From the NCBI GenBank assembly GCA_963778655.1, contig CAVZVA010000011.1, forward strand, positions 288,001 through 352,000: a DNA stretch of 64,000 nt, in the 5' to 3' direction. Made by a program: the position numbers and the translations under genes. Positions 57,209 through 64,000 of this stretch are shown here, piece by piece; position 1 is the stretch's first letter, and each line of letters begins with the position of its first letter. The DNA is from an uncultured delta proteobacterium (lineage in GTDB: Bacteria > Myxococcota_A > Polyangia > Polyangiales > JAFGIB01). Under the pieces are notes generated by a model. It did no database searches. It was given only the letters and a program-made list of their open reading frames with translations, and had not been told where the DNA came from.

Positions 57209-60200
57209 GTGTTCGACAAGGTCCTGATCGCCAACCGCGGGGAAATCGCCTGCCGTATCCAGCGAACGCTGCGGCGCATGGGCATCGCCTCGGTCGCGGT
57301 GTGCTCCGAGGCCGACGCGCACGCGCGGCACGTGCGCGAGGCCGACCAGGCGGTGTGCCTCGGGCCGAGCCGCGCCGCCGAGAGCTACCTCTGCATCGAG
57401 CGGGTGCTCGAGGCCGCGCGCACCACCGGCGCGCAGGCGATCCATCCCGGCTACGGCTTTCTGAGTGAAAGCGCGGCGTTCGCGCAGGCCTGCGAGGCCG
57501 CGGGCATCGCCTTCATCGGCCCGAGCGCCGAGCAGATCCGCCGCTTCGGCCTCAAGCACGAGGCGCGCGCCCTGGCGCTGGCGCAGGGCGTGCCGCTGCT
57601 GCCCGGGACCGAGCTGCTGCCCTCGCTCGAGCACGCGCTGCAGGCCGCCGAGCGCATTGGCTACCCGGTGATGCTCAAGAGCACGGCCGGCGGCGGCGGC
57701 ATCGGGCTGCGCGTTTGCGGCGACGCCCAGGCGCTGCGCGCCGCGTTCGCGGCGGTCCACGCGCTGAGCAGCAGCCACTTCGGCGACGGCGGCGTGTTCC
57801 TGGAGCGCTACCTGGAGCGCGCGCGCCACGTCGAGGTGCAGATCTTCGGCGACGGCAAGGGCCACGTGCTGGCGCTGGGCGAGCGCGACTGCTCGGTACA
57901 GCGGCGCAACCAGAAGGTGATCGAGGAGACGCCCGCGCCGGGACTGGCGGAAGCGGCACGCGCAGCGCTGCTCGACGCCGCGCTGCGACTGGCGCGCGCG
58001 GTCGGCTATGCCTCGGCCGGCACGGTCGAATTCGTGCTCGACGCCGAGCGCGAGCAGAGCTACTTCCTCGAGGTCAACACGCGCCTGCAGGTCGAGCACG
58101 CGGTGACCGAGGCGGTCACCGGCATCGATCTGGTGCAGTGGATGGTGCAGCTGGCGGCTGGCGAGCTCACGCTGCCGGCGGAGCCGCCGCCCGCGCGCGG
58201 CGCCGCGATCGAGGTCCGACTCTACGCCGAAGACCCGAACAAGAATTGCCAGCCCTGCACCGGCACGCTGACCCACGTGGCACTGCCGCAAGGCGCGCGC
58301 TGCGACAGCTGGGTCGAGAATGGCACCGAGATCACACCGCACTACGACCCCCTGCTCGCCAAGCTGATCGTCTCGGGCGACACCCGCGCCGAGGCCCTGC
58401 GCGCGCTGCGCCGCGCGCTGCGCGACACCCGCATCGACGGGGTCGAGAGCAACCTCGCCCACCTGCGCCAGATCGCCGGCGACACCGCCTTCGAGCGCGG
58501 CGGCGTGAGCACGCGCTACCTCGACAGCTTCGTGTATGCGCCGCGCACCCTCGATGTGCTCGAACCGGGCACGCAGAGCACGGTGCAGGATCATCCCGGG
58601 CGCCTGGGCATGTGGGCGGTGGGCGTACCGCCCTCGGGACCGATGGACGACTTCTCGTTTCGGCTCGCCAACCGCCTGGTCGGCAACGCTCCCGGCGCCG
58701 CGGCGCTGGAGCTCACGCTGTCCGGCCCCAAGCTGGCGTTCAACTGCGACGCGCTGATCGCGCTCGCCGGCGCGCCCATGGCTGCGGCGCTCGACGGCCG
58801 GCCGATCGAATGGAACCGCGCGATCCGGGTGCCCGCGGGCGCGGTGCTGGAGCTCGGCGCCGTCTTGGGCGCGGGCTGCCGCGCCTACCTCGCGCTGCGC
58901 GGCGGGCTCGACCTGGCGCCCTACCTGGGCAGCGCCGCGACCTTCATGCTCGGCCGCTTCGGCGGCCACGGCGGGCGCGCCCTACGCGTGGGCGACGTGC
59001 TGCACCTCGGCTCCGAAGCCGACGCGATCCACGCGCCAGCCGAAGGCGCTGCCGAGCCGCCGCCCTTTCCGGAGCCGTGGGAGATCGGCGTGCTGGACGG
59101 ACCCCACGGCGCGCCCGACTTCTTCACCGAGCAGGACATCGAGGCCTTCTACGCGGCGACCTGGCAGGTCCACTTCAACTCCGACCGCACCGGCGTGCGG
59201 CTGCTTGGACCCAAGCCACAGTGGGCGCGCAAGGACGGCGGCGAGGCCGGCCTGCACCCGAGCAACATCCACGACAACGCCTACGCGGTGGGCACCATCG
59301 ACTACACCGGTGACATGCCGATCATCCTCGGGCCCGATGGTCCCAGCCTGGGCGGCTTCGTGTGCCCAGCGACGATCGTACGCGCCGAGCGCTGGAAGAT
59401 GGGCCAGCTCAAGGCCGGCGACCGCGTGCGCTTCGCACGCGTGGACGAGGCGCGCGCCGCCGTGCTGCTGCGCGCACAAGAGGACGCGCTGCAGCCCGCG
59501 GCCGCGGCGCGCCCCACGGCACGCGCCCGCCCCACCGCCGGCGCACGCCACGAAGACGCCACGCTCGGCGGCCTGGCCGCGACCGCCGCGCACCCGCGCG
59601 TCGTGTACCGGCGCGCCGGAGATGACTACCTGCTGGTCGAGTATGGACCGCTCGAGCTCGACCTCGGGCTGCGCCTGCGCGTGCACGCGCTGATGCAGGC
59701 GCTGCAGGCGCGCGCGCTGCCTGCGATCCGCGAGCTCACTCCCGGCATCCGTTCGCTGCAGATCCGCTACGCGCCCGAGCTGCTCGACACCAGTGCCCTG
59801 CTGCAGCTGCTTGCGGAGCTCGAGCGCGACCTGCCCGCGGTCGACGAGCTCGCGCTGCCCACGCGGGTGGTGCACCTGCCGCTGTCCTGGGAAGACCCGG
59901 CCACGCTGCTCGCGATCGAGAAGTACATGCGCCTGGTGCGCAAGGACGCTCCCTGGTGCCCGAGCAACCTCGAGTTCATCCGCCGCATCAACGGCCTGCC
60001 CAGCGCCGACGAGGTACGCCGCATCGTATTCGACGCCAGCTACCTGGTGCTCGGCCTGGGCGATGTCTACTTGGGCGCGCCGGTCGCCACGCCGCTCGAC
60101 CCGCGCCATCGCCTGGTCACCACCAAGTACAATCCCGCGCGTACCTGGACGCCGGAAAACGCGGTCGGCATCGGCGGCGCGTACCTGTGCGTCTACGGCA

Positions 60201-60817
60201 TGGAGGGGCCCGGCGGCTACCAGCTCGTGGGCCGCACCCTGCAGATGTGGAACACCTACCGGACGACGCGCGAATTCGAGCCCGGGAAACCTTGGCTGCT
60301 GCGTTTCTTCGACCAGATCAGGTTCTACCCGGTGGCGGCCGACGAGCTACTGCGCATGCGCGCCGACTTCCCCCAGGGCAAGCTGCGCCTGCGCATCGAC
60401 GAGGAAACCTTTCGCTTTCAGGACTACCGCCGGCTGCTGGCCGAGCAGGCCGCCGGCATCGCCGCGTTCAAGCATGCGCAGCAGAGCGCGTTCCTGCAGG
60501 AACGCGAGCGCTGGGCCGCGCAGGGCCAGGACCTCGCGGCACCACAGGCCCTGGAGGCGGCGCCGCGCGAGCAGGCGCACGGCGCGCTGCCGCCCGGGCT
60601 ACACGGAGTCAACAGCCCGCTCGCCGGCAACTTGTGGAAGCTGCTGGTGGAGCCGGGGCAGCGCGTCGAGAGCGGCACGCCGGTCGCGGTAGTCGAGGCG
60701 ATGAAGACCGAGATCAACGTGCACGCCGATCGAGCGGGTCAGGTACGCGAGCTGTGTGCCGAGCCCGGCGTCACGCTCCAGGCCGGCGACCGCCTGCTGC
60801 TGCTCGAGTTGGAGTAG
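57209..60817 (+). CDS. uca: Urea carboxylase family enzyme, probably a guanidine carboxylase
   Basis: Biotin carboxylase (ANRGEIA, HPGYGFLSE, RDCSVQRRNQK, EVNTRLQVEH), carboxyltransferase (GVPPSGPMD, HPSNIHD, GPSLGGF, KYNPARTWT) and biotin carrier EAMK. Confidence 0.96.
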   Translation: MFDKVLIANRGEIACRIQRTLRRMGIASVAVCSEADAHARHVREADQAVCLGPSRAAESYLCIERVLEAARTTGAQAIHPGYGFLSESAAFAQACEAAGIAFIGPSAEQIRRFGLKHEARALALAQGVPLLPGTELLPSLEHALQAAERIGYPVMLKSTAGGGGIGLRVCGDAQALRAAFAAVHALSSSHFGDGGVFLERYLERARHVEVQIFGDGKGHVLALGERDCSVQRRNQKVIEETPAPGLAEAARAALLDAALRLARAVGYASAGTVEFVLDAEREQSYFLEVNTRLQVEHAVTEAVTGIDLVQWMVQLAAGELTLPAEPPPARGAAIEVRLYAEDPNKNCQPCTGTLTHVALPQGARCDSWVENGTEITPHYDPLLAKLIVSGDTRAEALRALRRALRDTRIDGVESNLAHLRQIAGDTAFERGGVSTRYLDSFVYAPRTLDVLEPGTQSTVQDHPGRLGMWAVGVPPSGPMDDFSFRLANRLVGNAPGAAALELTLSGPKLAFNCDALIALAGAPMAAALDGRPIEWNRAIRVPAGAVLELGAVLGAGCRAYLALRGGLDLAPYLGSAATFMLGRFGGHGGRALRVGDVLHLGSEADAIHAPAEGAAEPPPFPEPWEIGVLDGPHGAPDFFTEQDIEAFYAATWQVHFNSDRTGVRLLGPKPQWARKDGGEAGLHPSNIHDNAYAVGTIDYTGDMPIILGPDGPSLGGFVCPATIVRAERWKMGQLKAGDRVRFARVDEARAAVLLRAQEDALQPAAAARPTARARPTAGARHEDATLGGLAATAAHPRVVYRRAGDDYLLVEYGPLELDLGLRLRVHALMQALQARALPAIRELTPGIRSLQIRYAPELLDTSALLQLLAELERDLPAVDELALPTRVVHLPLSWEDPATLLAIEKYMRLVRKDAPWCPSNLEFIRRINGLPSADEVRRIVFDASYLVLGLGDVYLGAPVATPLDPRHRLVTTKYNPARTWTPENAVGIGGAYLCVYGMEGPGGYQLVGRTLQMWNTYRTTREFEPGKPWLLRFFDQIRFYPVAADELLRMRADFPQGKLRLRIDEETFRFQDYRRLLAEQAAGIAAFKHAQQSAFLQERERWAAQGQDLAAPQALEAAPREQAHGALPPGLHGVNSPLAGNLWKLLVEPGQRVESGTPVAVVEAMKTEINVHADRAGQVRELCAEPGVTLQAGDRLLLLELE

Positions 60818-60839
60818 CCGACCCATTGACACAAAGGCT

Positions 60840-61790
60840 TCAGTGAAAGCTCGCGATCTGAGCGCGCTGGGCCGCGGTCAGGCCCGCGTCCACCGGCGTG
60901 CCGCGGAAGCAGCCGACGGTGTAGGGATACTCTGCGGTGAGCACGTAGTGATACATGCTCACCATCTGGCCGTCCCAAGGGATCGGGCTGGTGGTGCCGT
61001 GGCATTCGTCGAGATCGGCGGTGTGCAGCAGCTTGCCGCTGCCGGCGTCTCTGGCCCCGTAGATGCCGAAGCCGTCCAGCGCATAGCCCACCAGATCCGA
61101 GGTCATCGCGTTCGGCATGCACGACGACGGCCCGTGGTAGTGATATTGCCCGGCAGCGTTGGGATGCCCGTCGCAGCGATCCTGCACCTCGTGGGCCGCC
61201 GCGTCGTTGCCGCTGTCGTCGACCGCGTTGAAGATCGCTACACCGGTGGTCGCGAAGCCGATCATGCCCATCGGTACGCAGGTTGCGGCCGCGGCCTCCG
61301 CCGGCACGGCCGGTAGCGCAAGCGAGATGTCCTGCGCGCGGATCGGATTGGGGTTGGTGTCGTACGCGTAGGCGGGATCCGATCTCTGGATCGGAAACAC
61401 GCCTGTCGTGTGATCGGGGAGATTGTTCGCGCTGATCGTACGGGTGTTGCCTGAAACCGTGATCGAGATCGAGTGGTCCGTCCACTTCACCTCGCCCTCC
61501 ACCGCGATCTTCTGCGACGGGTACCAGACATCGCCGTCGATCCAGGGTCCGTTGTGCGGATTGAGCTTGGCGAAGCGTTGCAGGCACGACATCAGAGTGC
61601 CGGCCTCGGGTGTCGTGCTCAGCTTGCCGTCGCCCAGCATCAGCGCGTCCTTCGGGGTGGAAGGGCTGGTCTTGGCCGCGGGGCTCGGCTCGGCGCTGCC
61701 GCCGCACGACGCCACGAGCAGCACGACGCCCACCAGCAGCGCCGCGGTCCGCCGCCGCGAGCGACGGGATCGTGTTCGATTGCCGCGCAT
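60840..61790 (-). CDS. YHYH-domain lipoprotein
   Basis: Lipobox VASC, NNLPDH, GVAIFN, DRCDGHP...YHYH, GYALDGFGIYG, DLDECHG and YHYV...YPY. Confidence 0.88.
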   Translation of the reverse strand: MRGNRTRSRRSRRRTAALLVGVVLLVASCGGSAEPSPAAKTSPSTPKDALMLGDGKLSTTPEAGTLMSCLQRFAKLNPHNGPWIDGDVWYPSQKIAVEGEVKWTDHSISITVSGNTRTISANNLPDHTTGVFPIQRSDPAYAYDTNPNPIRAQDISLALPAVPAEAAAATCVPMGMIGFATTGVAIFNAVDDSGNDAAAHEVQDRCDGHPNAAGQYHYHGPSSCMPNAMTSDLVGYALDGFGIYGARDAGSGKLLHTADLDECHGTTSPIPWDGQMVSMYHYVLTAEYPYTVGCFRGTPVDAGLTAAQRAQIASFH

Positions 61791-61866
61791 CGGGAGTCGA
61801 CCGGCGCCATGGCCCCGTCGAGTCGGCGGGTTGGCGGCGGTCGCGTCCGATGGTAGGCCATCGCCA

Positions 61867-62070
61867 ATGGATATCAACGGCATGGCCCACGTCATTCTGT
61901 CCGTGCGCGACCTGCCCGCATCGGCGCGCTTCTACCGGCCGTTGCTCGAGCACATGGGGCTGACCCAGGTCGCCGATCAAAACGACTTCCTGTACTACGT
62001 CGGCGGCCGCACCGCGCCCGCGCGCTCAACCTGGGCGCGAGCGGCGGCGGCCTCGCAGCTTGTCACCTAG
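61867..62070 (+). pseudogene. N-terminal fragment of a VOC/glyoxalase-family gene
   Basis: MDINGMAHVILSVRDLPASARFY..LL..MG...YYVGGRTA. After about 50 codons it runs into the convergent gene. Confidence 0.7.
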
Positions 62071-63228
62071 CGCGCGCACCGCGCCGTTGGCCAGTCCTCG
62101 CGCGAAGCCCAGGTTGTCTACAGGCAAACCGGCAAACTGCTGCATGGTGCACACGACGAGCTCCGGCATCATCACCAGGTGGCGCTCGATGCGCGCGCGC
62201 TGGCTGCCGAAGTAGTACGGCAGCAGACGCTCGCGAAGGCGCAGGTCGAAGCCCACCCGCGAGCGCCCGAAGCGCGCGCTCCAGTCCTGGAAGCGAAAAT
62301 CGCCGGCCGCGATCTTCTCCGCCAGGTAGGGCCCCGCAAACGCGCCGTACTCGATCGCCTGGGCGATGCCCTCACCGCTCAGCGCGTCGATGCCCGCGGC
62401 CTCGCCGACCAGCGCCACGCGCGGCTGCGCGTACGGAAGGTGCGGCTCGAAGCCGCGCTCGGCGAAACGCTTGATCCGGCAGTCGGAGAGCGAGAGCCCG
62501 ATCGCCGTCAAGCGGCGCTCGAGCAACGCTGCGATGTCCACCGAGCGCTCGTCGAGCTTGAGGTGATAGACGCCCCGGCACCACAGCGGGCGCCCGTCGA
62601 CCAGCGTGGGGAAGTCCCAGGCGTAGCCGGTAAGCGTCCGATCGGCCAGGTCGAAGTGCAGCACGTCGCGCGGGCGATCTACGGGCACCTCTTCGGTGTC
62701 CACCTCGATCACCTGGGCGCGCAGCCGACCCGCCGGCAAGCCCAGCGCGCGCCGCACCACGCTGCCGACCCCGTCGGCGCCGACCACCGCGCTGGCCCGC
62801 AGCGTGCTGGGCGCGCCGTGCAGCGAGACCCCGCCGGCGTCGACCTCGAGCCCGGTTACCCGCGCCCCTTCCTGGACGCGAATGCCGCGCCCACGTGCCA
62901 CCTCGAAAAGCGCGCGATCGTATTCGAGCCGGCGCACCACGCGCCCGATGTGATCGAGCCGCTCGCAGATCTCCCCCTCGTGGATCCGCACCGAGAGCGC
63001 GGCGATCTGCGCCGAAGGCACCTCGACCCGCACCCCGATGCTCTCGAGCAAGCGGTCGGCGCGCGCCCCGATCGCGCCGCCACAGATCTTGTCGCGCGGG
63101 TAGCTTTCCTTCTCCAGGACCAGGATGCGCTCGGTCAGCTCTGGACGCGCATGAGCGAGAAAGAGCGCGGTCGCCAGGCCGGCCGGTCCCCCGCCGACGA
63201 TGGCCAGCTCGCAGCGCTGCATCTTCAA
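62026..63228 (-). CDS. FAD-dependent oxidoreductase (geranylgeranyl reductase family)
   Basis: IVGGGPAG, LEKESYPRDKICGG, VVGADG..S, GYAWDFP and VGEAAG.D..SGEGI. Confidence 0.9.
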   Translation of the reverse strand: MKMQRCELAIVGGGPAGLATALFLAHARPELTERILVLEKESYPRDKICGGAIGARADRLLESIGVRVEVPSAQIAALSVRIHEGEICERLDHIGRVVRRLEYDRALFEVARGRGIRVQEGARVTGLEVDAGGVSLHGAPSTLRASAVVGADGVGSVVRRALGLPAGRLRAQVIEVDTEEVPVDRPRDVLHFDLADRTLTGYAWDFPTLVDGRPLWCRGVYHLKLDERSVDIAALLERRLTAIGLSLSDCRIKRFAERGFEPHLPYAQPRVALVGEAAGIDALSGEGIAQAIEYGAFAGPYLAEKIAAGDFRFQDWSARFGRSRVGFDLRLRERLLPYYFGSQRARIERHLVMMPELVVCTMQQFAGLPVDNLGFARGLANGAVRALGDKLRGRRRSRPG

Positions 63229-64000
63229 GCGAGCAGATGGCCGAGCTTCTCGGCCTTGGTCAGCAGGTAGCGACGGTTGTGGGGACTGTCGGCGACCTGC
63301 AGCGGTACGCGTTCCGTGACTTGCAACCCTGCGCGCTCGAGCGCGGCCAGCTTGCGCGGGTTATTGGTCATCAAGCGCACGCTGCGCACGCCGAGCCGGC
63401 GGAGGATCTGCGCGGCGACGCCGTAGTCACGCAGGTCGGGCGGGAAGCCGAGCTTGGTATTGGCCTCGACCGTGTCGGCCCCTCGATCCTGAAGCGCGTA
63501 CGCCCGCAGCTTGTTGATCAGCCCGATGCCACGCCCCTCCTGGCGCAAGTACACCAGCACGCCCCGCCCTTCCCTCGCGATCATCTCGAGCGCGAGCGCA
63601 CGCTGCTGGCCGCAGTCGCAGCGCAGCGAGCCGAGCGTGTCCCCTGTCAGGCACTCCGAGTGCACGCGCACCAGCACCGGGCCGCCCTGGCTCAGGTCGC
63701 CCAACGTCATGGCGACGTGCTCTCCGTCGCCGAGCTCTTCGCGGAAGCCGTGAATCTCGAACTCGCCGTGCTCGGTCGGAAGCTTGGCGGTTGCGACCTG
63801 CTGCACACGCGGCTCGTGCTCCAGCCGGTGCGCCACCAGGTCGGCGATGGTGCCGACCTGCAGCCCGTGCTCGGCGGCAAACTCGAGGATCGCCGGCAGG
63901 CGCATCATGGTGCCGTCGTCGTGGATCAGCTCGCTGATCGCGCCCACCGGCTGCAGCCCCGCCAGCCGGCACAGATCGACCGCGGCCTCGGTGTGCCCCA
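63225..64000 (-). CDS. ribBA: Bifunctional DHBP synthase / GTP cyclohydrolase II (5' end outside the window)
   Basis: GHTEAAVDL, VRVHSECLTGD..GSLRCDCG, RQEGRGIGL.NK, TNNPRK and YLLTKAEKLGH. Confidence 0.96.
   Translation of the reverse strand, partial: GHTEAAVDLCRLAGLQPVGAISELIHDDGTMMRLPAILEFAAEHGLQVGTIADLVAHRLEHEPRVQQVATAKLPTEHGEFEIHGFREELGDGEHVAMTLGDLSQGGPVLVRVHSECLTGDTLGSLRCDCGQQRALALEMIAREGRGVLVYLRQEGRGIGLINKLRAYALQDRGADTVEANTKLGFPPDLRDYGVAAQILRRLGVRSVRLMTNNPRKLAALERAGLQVTERVPLQVADSPHNRRYLLTKAEKLGHLLA

Overview
Very GC-rich bacterial DNA, most likely from Myxococcota/Polyangia. That is an inference from a MYXO-CTERM-like sorting signal, several Hanks-type kinases, an ECF-FecR-TPR module, a PilZ-J-TPR protein and many Gly/Ala-rich lipoproteins. 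The window holds about 47 coding regions. I saw no rRNA, tRNA, CRISPR array, transposase or integrase. Contents in order: ABC ATPase and heme o synthase; a Ser/Thr kinase; an orphan SctQ/FliMN gene with a probable internal start; an AT-richer signalling insert (REC-PAS-GGDEF-EAL plus a hybrid histidine kinase) ending at a degenerate partial copy of sctQ; tmk; an ECF sigma/FecR module; acs; a 166-bp CTAG-bounded palindromic element; a peptidoglycan-remodelling cluster (MurE-like ligase, L,D-transpeptidase, two MepA-like enzymes); a divergent RlmN-like radical SAM gene with a PCP_red microprotein; a FadL-like barrel; a YbhGFSR-like exporter; two head-to-head kinase-ATPase-helical paralogs enclosing GGDEF-EAL, PilZ-J-TPR and an unusual ATP-grasp ligase/DmpA peptidase fusion; a guanidine/urea carboxylase operon; a YHYH protein; an FAD oxidoreductase; and partial ribBA. 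The best candidates for something undescribed are the ligase-peptidase fusion (45427-47622) and the divergent, putatively sigma54-driven c-di-GMP/kinase module around it. Two frameshifts look like assembly indels. All calls come from motifs read by eye; no searches were run.
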